Assembly: GCA_037447605.1 (NCBI GenBank)
Contig: CM074814.1
Span: forward strand, 1,178,001 to 1,242,000
Length of the DNA stretch: 64,000 nt
DNA from: Zygnema circumcarinatum SAG 698-1b
Lineage: Eukaryota; Plantae; Zygnematophyceae
Reading direction: 5' to 3'
Shown here: positions 1 to 20,361 of the stretch, one piece after another
How positions within the stretch are numbered: position 1 is the stretch's first letter
Layout of the letters: each line of letters begins with the position of its first letter
The notes under the pieces: generated by a model
Told to the model about the DNA's origin: nothing
Databases searched by the model: none
Seen by the model: only the letters and a program-made list of their open reading frames with translations
Made by a program: the position numbers and the translations under genes

Positions 1-3591
<3,591 letters not shown>

Positions 3592-3679
3592 GGCTTCCAG
3601 TGCCGTTCGCTTCCTGCGAGAGAGGCGAGCTGGAGGAGAAGGGCCAGCGACGAAATACTTTCCTTTATCAAAGGCGGCT

Positions 3680-3716
<37 letters not shown>

Positions 3717-4422
3717 CTAAGCCCTACCTGGGTGTGGAAGGCGGGAGGCCCCACATTGGCGGCTCTGCACATGTGACAGTTTAACGCTTTGCGTGGCGGT
3801 GGATTACTGTTAACAACGACAAGGAACGACTGAGGACGACAACCCGTTCAGTTAAAAAATGTTCCTAACAAAAAAATAGCAGCTCTAAAACAGCCACTCT
3901 CAGGCCGCCATGTAAGCAAGATAATACACGTGTCAGATATTAATTGGCTTAATAAAACCACGCCAACATGGAAACGCCGCCCGATCCGGTTGCGGCGCCG
4001 CCAAATGCGTGCCTGAAACAAGCTTGTGTACGGATTATTCGTACAATATCGGTACGGTACCGTATCAATGGTACGACATTGTACGGATTTGAGTGAAAAA
4101 TGCGGCGACACGCCCGTTTGGAGCCCCTCCGCCTCCTGAGCCGCCTGGCCGGCCATATATATATATAGGTACAGAGATATATAGAGAGATATATATCTAT
4201 GCATATGTGTGTGTTTATGCGGACATATATCTGCTGTAACAAAGGTGACGTTTTAAGGAAGCATCGGGTGACATATTGCCACGTTTTACAAAACTTTTCA
4301 AAAGTGGATGATAGAGTAGAAGTTTAAGAAGATTGCACAGGTGCTTATCGTCATCTTTATTTTTCTTTAACGGGTGGAGGAAGCTGAGCATATCTTAGGG
4401 CTGCTAGGGCGTTTAAGGCGAG

Positions 4423-6185
4423 ATGGAGGTGGTTGGCAGCGCAAGCCTGAAGTCGCTCTTCCTGCATGGAAGCAGCAACGGCAGCGTCGAGCAGCTCGCG
4501 TTGAGTAGAGGTCTCCCTGGCTGCTCGATTGCCTCAAGCGGCTTCAAGCGAGGCGCAGGGCAGCATTTAGGCTTGAAAATTGCGGCAGCAGCAGCTGCTG
4601 ATGGAGGAGAAGTAAGCGTGCAAGAAAGAACATCTTCGGATTCCGCTGCTTCTGTGTTGAACGGAAGCAAGTTGAATGGTAACGGCAATGGAAAGGCCGC
4701 GGCAAGCAGCAGCAGCAGCTCGTTAAGCACAGAGGAAGTCATCGCTTTGGAGAGTGAGCTTTTTGTGCACACGTATGCGCGAGCTCCGGTCGTTTTTGTC
4801 CGAGGAGAGGGCAGCAGACTGTATGATGTGGAGGGGAAGGAATACATTGATATGGCCGGCGGCATTGCAGTCAATTCTCTTGGACATGCGGACCCTGCCT
4901 GGGTAGAGGCAGTCGCTCAGCAAGCTGGTGCTCTGGCTCACGTCAGCAATCTCTACCACACTATCCCGCAGGTCCTTCTTGCTCAGCGGCTCATTCAAAG
5001 CTGTTTTGCAGACCGCATCTTTTTTGCAAATTCTGGAACGGAAGCGAACGAGGCGGCAATCAAGTTCTCTCGGAAGTACCAGAGAGTGCAGGCAGCTGCC
5101 AATGGTGGAGAGTCGCCAGCTACTGAGTTCGTCTCATTCAGCAACTGCTTCCACGGCCGCACAATGGGAGCCTTGGCTCTCACATACAAGGAGCAGTACC
5201 GGGCGCCCTTCGAGCCAGTCATGCAGGGAGTCTCCTTTGCGACTTATGGAGACCTGGAATCTGCGGCAGCTGTAATAAAGAAGGGTCGAACAGCGGCTGT
5301 TTTTGTAGAACCAGTGCAGGGAGAGGGAGGGGTTTTCCCAGCTGCGCAGGCCTTTTTGGAGGGACTCAGGAAGCTGTGTGATGAGGCCGGTGCTTTGTTG
5401 GTTTATGACGAGGTAGGCATGCAACCACTCATTCATCGGCTTAATCCCCTCCTTTCTTGAGTGTTTTGACCAGTTGTGAGAGTCCTGGAAGGCATAGAGA
5501 GTAGCTGGAGGGGCGTGTTTGGCAAAGGGAATTCATTTGGGGGCAGGAGCCGTCTCTTGGTCTGAGTCACAAGTCTTCTGATAAGAGTTAATTAAACTCG
5601 TTCCAATGTTGTATACTTTACGCTTCTGAATCTCCTCGTTTCGGCCTTTCCATTGTGCAGGTGCAGTGCGGTTTAGGGCGCACAGGTTACCTCTTTGCCC
5701 ACGAAGCCTATGGGGTAAAGCCGGACATAATGACCCTGGCAAAGCCTTTAGCAGGAGGCCTCCCAATCGGAGCAGTTCTTTTGACTCAAGCAGTCGCGGA
5801 TGCCATTAAACCCGGAGATCACGGCAGCACATTTGCAGGTGGACCTTTGGTGTGTCACGCCGCTCTCGCAACTTTGGACCGCATTCAGTCTCCTGGTTTT
5901 CTAGAGAGCGTTGTGGCGAAGGGGGAGTATCTCCGCCAGTCCCTGAGAAATGCTTTCAGTGGGAATCCCCATGTGAAGGAAGTTCGGGGCTCGGGACTCC
6001 TTGTGGGAGTGCAGTTGGACGTTTCAGCCGGTCCGTGGGTGGATGCAGCAAGGGAGAAGGGCGTGCTGGCCATCACTGCAGGCAAGGGGGACGTGCTCCG
6101 CCTGGCGCCCCCTCTCATCATCACAGAAGAGGAGATAGATTTAGCGGTGAAAAGGCTGGCAGCGAGCATTTCTGTTGTGAGCTGA
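4423..6185 (+). CDS. argD: Acetylornithine aminotransferase (class III PLP), organelle-targeted; exons 4423-5412 and 5661-6185
   Basis: Motifs [36 protein letters not shown]|[18 protein letters not shown] (PLP lysine), HGSTFAG. One GT-AG intron, 5413-5660. Confidence 0.95.
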
Positions 6186-6828
6186 TTGCCTTTTTTCTCC
6201 CTTTAGGCTTATGCTCTTAGCGTGGGTATCGGTGGGAGCTTCCGGGTAGCTGATGGGAGCTGAGTTCCCGATGAGGCAGGAACTTGGGAGTGAAGGTGGA
6301 AGCTCCTGGAGTGTCTCCTTCGTGGATAGACGAAAGTCGTCTGTCTGTATATGTGTGATCTATCCTCTCATCAATTTTGATGACGAATGTAAAGAAGAGT
6401 TGTGTTTTCAGTATCCCTGAGTGTGAGCAAATATGCCATCTGCTAGTAGACAAAATCTCCTGCTGGCGGTGAAACCTCAGGTGCTTGAACGCCATCTGGA
6501 AAGGTCCATGGCCTGTCAATGAGCCGTTTGGTCCTCTGTATGTAACAGTGTCAGAGGACAGCTTGAACTGGTTTCTGTACAGCAGTGTCGCATGTTTGCC
6601 CTCTTTTTTCAGTGAATTCTCAACACACGTCCTCTCCATTTACCAAAAATATTCAGAAGGGAGCAAAAATGATCTTATTACTTGTTGATTGTCTAACAAC
6701 AAGAAAATTGCAGCAAGCTCACAGGCTCCTAGAAATAAAGCAAAAACGAATGCGGAAAAGAATGAAATGCTATGCCTTATATCAAAAAGAGAAGAGAAGA
6801 GTGGAACTGCCTGCAGCTGGCAGAGGGT

Positions 6829-9800
6829 TTACTTGCGCAAAGAGCCCCATTTCCTTCCTCCCTGCAGCATGCCATTTGCGTAACCCGGAAGTGTCCATCA
6901 ATTTCTAAGCTTTCACAAATGTAGTCAGACAAGTTGTCAGCTGGCCCTGATCGCATGAGCAGGTATTGAGCTACACCTAGTTTTTCGCCCACATAAGCAA
7001 AGGTCATTTTTTCAAACATTATCCCAAACCCAGCGCCGTACATGATCTGATGAATGCTTCTGAATGCACATTCACTGAACATAAAAAGCAGCCTCACCTG
7101 AGATGCTCGCCGTGGGCTTTGTGAAGTGGTTCCTGATAGCACTCCTCCTTCACTCAAATTCCGCAGCTCTACAGGATCCTCCTCGTCGTCCTCCACTATC
7201 CTGCGAGGCCTCAGTGGGAGAGAGCTTCCTGTCCTGCCCCTCTTGGGAGCCCCTCCTCGAGAGCCTCTTGCAGGGGCTGCTCTTTTTCCACGTGCACGCC
7301 CACTTGTCGGCCGGAGAGATTCCTGAAAAAGGTCAATCTTACTTTGTTAGATTTGAGGGTCGTGGGGACGAGGATGCATCAATAGAACGGTTTTGAAGGA
7401 CCAGCTACGCATGGACGAGAGAGAGGTTTATAGCAGGAAACTCTGGGATTACTTCTTCACTCTGCTCTGCTGCAAGAGCTGCCTCTATTTCCAGTTCATC
7501 TGCAGCATCGTCATCACTCTCAGACGCGATATCCTCCACTCCAGCATCCCTCAACATGGATACAGCTGCAGCAGCAGCTGCCCTGTAATCACGTCAATCC
7601 AGGAACTGCCTGTTAGTGGTTGTAACATCCTCAACCAGTCTCCCTGCAAAAGGTGTCGACCCCAGCGACTGTTATATTGATGTATGCTTCCATGCCCATT
7701 AACAGTCGATCATGTACTTAGCGACCAGCTACTCCCCCTATCACGGCTTGATCTCACAACACAAACAACTGACCCACTAAGCAACAACAAGTCCCGTAAT
7801 AACAAATCAAGTTGGACGATCTGTTCCTCGTCCTAATAAAATATTGTGGATTGCCACTATACCTTGGGGCTGGGCGTTCTCGCGGCTGAAGGATTAGGGT
7901 AGACTGCTTCATTGTCTTTGGGGGAGGCAGCCCTCGTCCTCGACTTCTACCCCGTCCTCTTGTAGCGGTAACTTCTGAACTTTGCCTCCGGCTGTTCTTG
8001 TGCGTGCTTCCTCCCAATGGGGCACCTCCCCAATCAGGGCCTTCAAATTCCATGGCTTCATTATCCTCACGAGCTCCCATCACTCCCTCCGATTCAGCTC
8101 TCTTGCCATTCACAGCTTCTCCAATACTAGCCTGCAAAGAAGCAATCACCAAGTAGCCACGATCCTTATTATGTTATTCCCTTTTTGCGTCCTAATCTCG
8201 TAATATTCAATGTTTTACATTCGGCTATCGTCTCCTCAACCACTTCAGTTTTTCCGGAAGGGAGGCCACATTATGCGGTCACATAGGAGAGTGAATATGG
8301 GTAGCCTGTGAGCCAGCCCTTCTGCTGTACTCCTTGGAATAAACTCCTTGTTAGGTGTATCAAGACATGGAAAATGCCAACAGTTAATGTAAATGTATGA
8401 CATGATGAATGATAAATGGATAACGTATGAGGGGCTGCCACCTGGTGAACGCTTGTACGGCCTGATGAAGGCTCAGCCCTCTCTCCTCCTCCCTGACTTG
8501 GCCCTAAAGCAGAAGCATCACCCACTCGAGTTACAGTCTCGGCCTCCCGATGCTGCATACAGTTTAATCACAGAATAGGACAATGGTCATTGGATAGCTC
8601 CAATGCACCGATTTTTTCTGATATCTTCCTTTCAAAGTTAAGCTAGAAGCCTGTCAGTCTAATTTCTAAGCTATTTCTGGCAGGTAACCTTGAGAAAGAA
8701 CACAATCTTCACAAGAAAAAAACTAGCAGTGAAGCACACACATGCCATGCCCGTGTTTATTGACCTATGCATACAACATTCTGGCAATATCCGTCAGAGT
8801 GGCATAACACAGAAACACGATTGCTTTGAAAAGAACGATGTGTGGGGTTTGTCTATACATGCAACAAGGGAAGGAAGACAAATTTTTAGCCCGCCTCATG
8901 GCAAGGCCTTGATATATGCATGTATGTAACGACAAACAACCCACTTAGACACACCAATAATCAGCATACAAGTCAGTCCAAAAAACGAACCTGCATTATA
9001 CGGCTGAGTTTCTGTGCCAGAACGCCTTCTTCCCGGATGGACCCCACGTCAGCTTCTTGAGCCAACTTGGACTGCAACAACCCTCACCAACCCCCTTTAA
9101 TAAAGTACCTGCTATCAGTCCAATATTAGCCCATGTCTTGAGAACAAAGATTGTTGCGGAAACGAAAGGATGTAGAGAATCACAGACAGTTAATGAGACA
9201 TGGAATGGCACCTGTGTATCGTTCAGGTTGGCCTTCACACAGGAATGGAAAGCCTGCTTATCGTCTTTGCTCACAAACTGATGTAGTGCCAATCCCAATT
9301 CCGTCACTGGCAATATCTCCATGCTCTGCAACAAACCATCATATATCCTCTGACCTGAGGAGGGAGCGGGGGTGTGCTATTACTACAAAGTAGCTCTAAA
9401 ACCTTTTCATAAAAACACGCAAAACAAGCGGAAATACAATAATTTGGCTCTCCTTGCTTGACTATAGCTTTACCAGGTTGCTCTCGTTCACAAGGGCTTC
9501 AATGCTTTGCTGGTTCAATTCCTCCGGCCGCATCACCTCCGCCTCTGTTCCATCTGCAGCCTCTTCCAGTCCACTTTACTTGAGCAATGTTGTCACCTGA
9601 GTTTATACTATGCTGAAAGCCGCCCTGAGCAACTTCACATCGAAAGCAATCATAACGACATAAGAAACACCTTACATGGACTACAGTCTGGACAAAGATC
9701 GCCGATAACGTTGTAACACGCAATAGTTCCAATGAGCTTTTACCTCTTTCTCCGATTGTCCGCTTCTTTGGGGCCTTCGTGAAGAGCAAAATGTCGTGCG

Positions 9801-12800
9801 GATTTGCCACCTGCCATGCAATGGTGCCCCCTCCTATAAGCTACAGCAGTTAAACCAAAGCTACATCGACCATGCACATGCATGCAGCATAAACTTTGCC
9901 ACGTGTAGGTCAAAAGTAGCACTCACCTTTCCGACAAACTTCTGCCCAAAGCGCTGCGGATTCACAGTGGTGAAACCTGTATAATCCACCTGAAAGCCCA
10001 AAGTAAGGCATTAAACCTTCATATATAAAGATAAGACACATAGAAGCAGTTGAACAGTCCAATTCCCAACAAACTCACCCGAAGCCGAATCAATGGCAAC
10101 ATGGGTTCTTGCGAGGAAGCCCTTTGTTTTGTTGATTGATCGATCAATCTTTGCACCTGAAGCATCCGCAAAAAAACTATCAGGCTTTGAAAGTGGGCTC
10201 TTACACGAGAGAAATTGGGGCTAGTCATGGGCCACAACAATATGAAAGAAAAACGACAACCGGTCACCTCTTAGTTGAGATTTTCTCAGCTGCCAAAGTA
10301 AGGAAGAGCGAAGAAAGGGGATCGAGTCAAACCTGGTCATCAAGAAACTTATGGACAGCAGCCTGATCATTGGGGTCTAAATCTGTCTCATCTTTCAGTG
10401 AAACCTGTCCACCAGCAAGCCATTTTGCTGTAATGCTCAGTATGTTGTTGTTTAGACAAAGAAAGAAAGAAGTATTGAAAAATATCAAATAGCAAGCAGA
10501 GCTCTGGTCAGACAGTACTACTCACATCGGCGAAAAGAAATGGTCGCACAGAATTGAGGGGAATTTTGGTTGGTCTGTACTGATTACCCTGCGACCGTAA
10601 CAAAGCAGGAACTTCAGAAACCAGTAACGTACAAAAGACTATTTGAAGTCTGTCATTGGAAACAGATATGTATTTATCTGCAACTATAGCAATAACTTCT
10701 CAAGAACTATCAGATACAGTACCAATCAGATGCAAAGGCAAGTGCAGCAGAGAGGCAGACACTCCGTTCTAGTATCAAAACGTTTACTTTGATTCGATGT
10801 GCCTTCCTTCAGCATTAGCTTTAAAGGCAACCAGGCAGGAAGGTGCTCAAAACAGGTAACATGTGGTTAACGGATTCGAAACACTGACAGACTTCCACCG
10901 ACCACTATCGATAGCCATTTGAACGCCATTACCAAAGCTTAAAAATGCGTGCTTTCCACGGTGCCAGTGCATGCAGAAGGGTGTTTAGGGTTTTCAAAGC
11001 AGTTCGATCGATTCTCACCTTCACCTCCAGAAGCAGCACATGCTTCTGTTTTGCCTCCCCATCAATGAGCGATGTGGCTACAGATGAGCCCGGCTGAGTG
11101 ACATGAAATCCCATCCCAGCCACCTCCTGCAACCCCCCATTTCTACTCGTGAGCAGCTGAAAAGAAAAATTCGGCACGTCAGGACTTAGATATAGGGCAT
11201 CATCGTATGAAAAACCAGAAAGAAGAAAATGGAGATAAAGTAAGCCATGAAAGAGGGTAGAGAGAAGGCAAGGCAAGGTCAATTCTACAGGACTTGGCAG
11301 TTTCCGAAGTAGACTGGCGAACCACCTGCGGCTCAATTACGCACTCGTGCTCATGTCCCCATATGACGAAGTCGAGAAAACGAGCCAGAAGGTGCTCGCT
11401 GATGGCATTTTTAGGGTTGCTCTTCACCCTGCAACATGACATAAACTTACAGCCCTGCTTCAGCTTCTTGGAATATCGACATACATACTTTAATCACCAG
11501 ATAACCCCTGAAACAGTAGAGCATAAGGTTTTGGTGAGATGTTCAATGGTCTTTTCGGCTACAGTTCTAAAGCTAGACTTGACATATTGAAAATTTTCCT
11601 TGGGTTCGACCGAGTTTTGCCGTGCAAAATATGACAGGTAGGGATTGTTTACAATGGATGTATCCATGTGTCAGGGAAGAAGGAGCTGCGGTAAGCGGCA
11701 GGATTGCAAAATTGATGTAATCTGATAAGTAACCTTGGTGCATTTCTAGCATATGTGCAAGGTGAAAGTGTTCGCAAGATGCTCCTTTCAACTCAGGGTC
11801 GCTTTGCACTTAAAAAGTCAAGCTTCCTGGACAGGAGAGGTGGCTCTCTGCATCTGATAATAGCCTCAGATGAAGGAACAAACAGAAGCAAATTCACGTC
11901 ATCATATAGCTCCTTTAGTCGGGGCGTGACACTAAGGAGGTGAATATTTACCTATTTTGGTGAAGTACAAAGATGTTGAACCAGTCAGATGGACTGCAAT
12001 CCTCCTGAGCTGCTGGTCGCACCCACTGCACCGCATGTGGAGTCTGCTCCCATCTCCTGAAGCATTCATCATTCACATTATCCTCTGCAAAACCTTACAT
12101 TTCTGCTAGCCAGAGAAAGAGGATTGTACAGTTCTGGTGCAGAAGCTTACCTGGAACATGCGGTTCAGCCTCTCATCTCTGATGTTTCCAAGACCATACA
12201 ACGCAAGCCTCGTAGAGCCCTGCAATTGCAGAAAGACGGAGAAGGAAATCTGTCAGTCCCATATGAGACTATTGCCCAATTCTAAGCCCCAACAAATACA
12301 AGGAAGGTGAAGGAATGGGGGAAAGGGGGGAGGGGGAGGGAGAGAGGGGGGAGACGGATGGGAGAGTGGGGAAAGAAACAGATAAGGGAGGGCGCTTTAT
12401 GACGGACACAATGAAGGAGAGGGCCTGCCTTGCGAAGAAGGATGGGATGCAGCGAAATTTGGCCCACGCCTGAACCAGCCAGAACTGATTTGCCGAAGTA
12501 GTTCACAAGGTTGCAAGATGCTAAAATGTCAATTGCAGATAGATTGTCCTGCAAGGATGCAACCCTTCAACTTTGTGTTATTTAAAATCTCGTGAATACT
12601 CTTCGCTCTTGCAAAACAGCTCACTGCCTTCACTGCTGCAATATCATCCCGTGCCAATCCTAAGGCTGATTCTCAGAAATAGGCGAACTGAGCTGTATGA
12701 GGAATAAGTTACGCAGCTTACCACTCCAGCAGGATCGTCATGATTTCCATGAATGGTGAACACCGGCATGCCTACATTGAAGTGGGGATCTTCGAAATTG

Positions 12801-13540
12801 ACATGACCAAACCTGCACCATATTAGCAGCACAAGCTTTAAGTTTAACAACTCTGCGATAATGGCTTCAACAAGTTCTATTCTTCCGCTAAATGTGATTT
12901 CACGACGCCTCCTCTTAAAAGCTGACGGGCTTCAAACAATGACTCACATGTTCAAGAAGTTCACCGTTTGGTCGCTTACAACCTGAAATTGCACTGGACG
13001 ATCATTTAAACAATACCGACGCAGGATTTCAATGGTTCGAACAAGTGTGGAGCGAGATGGTTTGTTTTCATGAAATAAATCTCCTCCCAGGAGAATAAAA
13101 TCAACCTGCCAAGAATCGACAACATTAGCTCAAACCAGACCATTTAAGTTACCAAACCGAGGATAAATTGTAAGCATCGATGTTCACCAGAGAGGGCAAG
13201 CCACAAAATTCAAAAGAAAAGCAAGTCTTCAAAGGTCTTAGAGAAGCTTGTGGATGTGAGGTTAATAAGTTCAGGGGAGAAATTCTCACCTCACGCCTCT
13301 CAGCAATGCTACAAATTTCCTCAAACGCAGAAAATGAATCATCTCGCCGAAGCTCATCCTTCTCCATGTAACCAAGATGACAGTCTGTCGCCACCAGGAT
13401 TCGAAACAAGTCTCCTGTATCACTGAATTCACAACACACAAAGTTTTCAACTCGAAGCTTATCCTTTAAAATACTAGACAACTGTAACCCAAGCACGTGA
13501 AGAATCCTCCTTACCTTGTTGGTTCAATCGAGTCCCCCAT
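6829..13540 (-). CDS. MRE11: Double-strand break repair nuclease MRE11, ~20 exons
   Basis: Phosphoesterase motifs [86 protein letters not shown]; RG-rich and acidic tail. ATG 13540; last exon [10 protein letters not shown] at 6829-6861. Confidence 0.95.
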
Positions 13541-13936
13541 GGCGGTGACCGAAAGCAGCTGCAGAGATGAAAACTGGCAACTTGAAATAGACTTCAAGCA
13601 AAACTCTTGGAACGGAAAAGCCTGCAAGGTGATATTGCAATACGGCTACTCTCCACCTCCGCTGTGCAGAATTGCAGCCCTTTACTTTTTAACCAGCCAG
13701 CTCCACAAGCGCTAATGATAATCCCTCTCCACAGCACGAGAATCTAAGTAGAATACTCTCAACGCGCTCCTAATTGAGTCACTGTTTGGCGCCAGCAAAC
13801 AGTTTCCTCCAGAGCCGAAGCTCCTGAACGACACACATCTTCAGAAGCAAACTCCTCAAAAGTAAAGGGCCTCTTCAAGCCTGCGAGGAGCAGAAAATCC
13901 CTCATCCTCTCCACTCTGATCAGGAAAGCAGAGCAG

Positions 13937-13937
13937 C

Positions 13938-13973
<36 letters not shown>

Positions 13974-13978
13974 GAGAG
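13937..13978. repeat. (GA)n microsatellite in the short divergent MRE11/IDH promoter
   Basis: gagagagag run between the two head-to-head start codons (13540 and 14143). Confidence 0.9.
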
Positions 13979-14142
13979 GCGTGACGTGACAGCGAACGTC
14001 ACAGAAAGCCGAGCGTAGAGCGCGGCTGCACTCACTCGCAGGAGAGGGCGAAGGCTCCCACTGACACGTGCCTCTCTCCTTGTCTTCTCAGGGTCTTCCC
14101 TCCTTGCAACTTATCTGCCGCGCAGGCGCTCTTGGAGCAGCC

Positions 14143-16964
<2,822 letters not shown>

Positions 16965-18072
16965 CCCACACTCTATCGGATGTTGATTTCCAACTTAGGT
17001 CATCTTTTATTACACATCTCATCACGTACAGGGTGCTCCTGGTGTCTTTCAAGAGGGATACCGGAAGCAGAACTTTAGAGGCAGCCGTAAGTCATAAGCC
17101 TCTTTCAATAATTGGACATCTCGAGTAGGGTGAAGACAGGTGGAGAGAGCCCGATCGACATATTTCAGCTTGAGGTATGGGCATGTGCAGTATCAGTCTG
17201 TATATTGGACAGTTTGCAGCCAATAAAGGCCAAGCGTGGAGCAGCAAAGGACCTCTCATATCTGCAATATGACACTTCTGCCCTTCTCATAGCTCCACTC
17301 TGTGGAGGGTACCCCATTTCTATCCATTGGCCCTTCGTGGGGAGGTCATGGCCATGTTCTTTGTGTTGGGCGGGGAACCGGGCTAAGGGAGAGAAGTGGG
17401 AAAATAATGGAACACTGGTCACTCGTGCGACTGCTCCAAACGGTAGGTGTGATTTGTATGACTGGGACTGGGACTGGGACTGGGGCCCACAAAAAGTAAA
17501 TAATTCCTTAGATCGACTAGAGTCAGGATTCAATGAAGTCAAATAAAGAAATATTAAGGCCATAAAACATTTACAGTAGGGCGTGGCAGACTCTACAAAA
17601 TCTTACGAAATGCGTTACGAAAAAAAGGGTGTTACGTAGGTACTCCGCCGCTGGAGGAGCGCTATCTTACTGGAGTACTCGTTCTGGTATCAAACTGTCT
17701 ACGTATTTCCCGCTGTTCAAGACTCGTAATTTTTAGTATTTCTCGCATGTGAATGCCCTTTCCATGCCATCGTCCCGTTCAGTAAATTTCACGTTAAACA
17801 GCGCGTAGCCCTTGTTTTCTAGTGGTAGGGCAAACAACGCACGCCGTACCATGCAACCCTCAAATTCTTTCCGCGCTTTTTAGGAGCCATCCATCCGTGA
17901 GCACTTTTTCGGAAAAAGTTTTGTTTTTGACCACACACGTGCAAGCTGTGGCGACCATTGGCCCTCGCCCTGCCCGACCGCCCTCCGCACCGGGCGCCAC
18001 AAACTTCGGGAAACCGCGCGGCGCCGCGGGGTTGAGCGTGAGGCCAGGAGAGTCGGCGCGACGCCGTTCTGA

Positions 18073-18108
18073 AACCGCGCGGTTAACTGCGCGGTTAACC
18101 GCGCGGAA
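18073..18108. promoter_or_regulatory. Three tandem palindromic 12-mers (AACCGCGCGGTT) containing CGCG boxes upstream of the HSF gene
   Basis: AACCGCGCGGTT AACTGCGCGGTT AACCGCGCGGAA read directly; function inferred. Confidence 0.5.
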
Positions 18109-18384
18109 ACCGACCGGGTACCCCCATGCTCAAGCCAGCTGCGTAGCCGCCGGAGGGAGAGGGAGTTGGAGAGAGAGAGGAGGGAGAGTGACAGGGAGAG
18201 GGAGGGAGAGGGGAAGGGAGAGGGAACACGGAGGAGAGGGAGCGAGAAGAGGAAGGGAGGGGAGGACAGAAGGTAAGGGAGAAAGGAGGCCAAGGGAGAG
18301 GGGGGAGAGGAGGTGGGAAGAGGAGGATCCATGCCGACACGTGAGGGTAAGGCGAGCCAGCAGCCGCTTCTGTGGGCGCACGCC

Positions 18385-20361
18385 ATGGATGTAAACGGGC
18401 ATCGGTTTGGAGGTGCAGGAGGGACGTCTGTCGCGGCAGGAGATAGAAGCTCTTATACTCCGCAGCCCATGGATGGCGTGCAGACAAACTCGCCCCCTCC
18501 ATTTTTGACAAAGACATATGACATGGTGGAGGACCCTGCGAGTGATAGTGTGGTGTCGTGGAGCAGCGGGAACAACAGCTTTGTGGTGTGGAACCCGCCG
18601 GAGTTTGCAAGGGACCTTTTGCCGAAGTACTTCAAGCATAATAATTTCTCAAGCTTCGTGCGACAGCTGAACACTTATGTGAGCTTTTCTCTGCTCATGA
18701 CATTCCTGCCATTTTCGTGCTCTAGGGCTACATGCGCTGCGTGAGGTATCACTGAAGGTGATGGTGATGCTCCGTGCGTTGCAACAGGAAATCTGCTGAT
18801 GAAAGATGTCTAAAAAAAATTGAGCATAGGGTATCTCTTTCGTTGTTTTGATCGTCCTGGCAGTTCCCAGTGAAGGCACGATTATCTCATTTGTGAAGCT
18901 GGCGGTGCTGCAATGGTTCACCTGTGTCTATGGGTAACAGTAAATTTTCCTGAGAAAGCAGTGTCAGTCCAAGAGCAACTCCTTGCACATGTACACATTC
19001 TCGAACCCAAGTTGGGAACAAAGATATGTTATTTCTCAATTAGTTGGTTCATCGCTGAATTCCCTTATGAGTGAGGAGTAGGATAAGCGGTTGCAGACGG
19101 GTCGATGACGGTTACTGTGCAAGAATGGATGGTATTGCAGGGATTCCGAAAGGTTGACCCTGATCGGTGGGAGTTTGCCAACACAGGCTTCCTCAGAGGC
19201 CAGCGTCACCTCTTGCGAACCATTCAGCGGCGGAAGCCAGTTGCGCAAAATGCACAGCCATTAGCAGCACAGCCGCAGGGGGGAGGGGGGCAGGCAGTAG
19301 CACAGCCATCAAGCAGCCTGGCTGCATGCGTGGAGGTCGGGAAATTTGGATTGGAAGGAGAGATAGAGAGGCTGAAGCGTGACAAGAACGTGTTGATGCT
19401 GGAGTTAGTGCGGCTTAGGCAGCAGCAACAGTCTACAGAGCGTGAATTACAGCATATGGCACAGCGCATGCAGGTTAACGAGCAGCGGCAGCAGCAAATG
19501 ATGCAATTCCTTGCTAAAGCTATGCAGAATCCAAGCTTTTTAGCGCAGCTGGTTCAGCAGAACGAGAACAAACGGCAGGCCATGGTCCGTAAGAAGCGGA
19601 GGCTGCCAAAGCAAGATACAGACTCCAGCAGTGGTGGTGGACCTCCTCCTGAAGGGCAGCTTATCAAGTATACTCCACGAGATAATTCAGGGGACCCAAT
19701 GCGCCTCTTTATGCCCTTCAATATGCCAGAGAATGCCGCCTCCTTGGACAATAGTAGTGCAGAATTTCTTCGCGAGTTGGAGAACATGCCTGACGATACG
19801 AATATGCGCTCGTCCAATGCCGCAGCAAGGCCCTCAGGTGTTACACTGGAGGAAATGATCCCTTCGCCTCCAACTTCAGAGACAGCTGCAGCCCCTCCAG
19901 CACCTGATTCCGTTCTGCCTAATGCGGGCATGGACCTATCTCAATCTTTGCTGGTGCATGGGGCCAAAATGGGTCCCCTTGGCCTGCCTGGAGACTTTTC
20001 AGACATGGGCCTGCCCCCGTCTCCAGGCAGGTCCCGTTCGGCGGATGCATCAGAGGATCACATGCCAATAGATGATGATACGAGCGATCTGGCTGTGCCG
20101 ATTGCAGATGCCGATGTGGCAATAGGTATGCCAAATGACGTCTTTTGGCAGCAATTCCTGAATGAAGGCCATGCTTCAGCAAGTCCCGACGGCCTCCGAG
20201 AAGGTGACCTTACAGCAAGCTCGGACGGTCAGGATGATCCAGAAGGAAATGGCACCTGGTGGGCCGATAGCATGGTCCCTATGGATGGGAGTAGGGTGGC
20301 TGGTCATATGGACAAGCTGGCTGAGCAAATGGGACAGCAAAAGTTGGGGCAGCCGGTCTAA
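18385..20361 (+). CDS. HSFA1: Class A heat-shock transcription factor (HSFA1-like); exons 18385-18678 and 19141-20361
   Basis: [15 protein letters not shown]...[16 protein letters not shown]|[14 protein letters not shown] split by the conserved HSF intron; class-A HR-A/B; [11 protein letters not shown]; AHA-like NDVFWQQFL. Start codon could be an upstream in-frame ATG (18331). Confidence 0.92.

Noticed and set aside
17462-17485. (ACTGGG)4 tract able to form a G-quadruplex downstream of IDH
   Set aside because: A short hexamer microsatellite with nothing supporting function.
17822-18639. Long overlapping ORFs in GA/CT-rich stretches (also 24054-24800, 59565-60423, 61696-62274)
   Set aside because: Shadow frames of purine/pyrimidine-rich leaders or antisense to real exons, with no recognisable domains.
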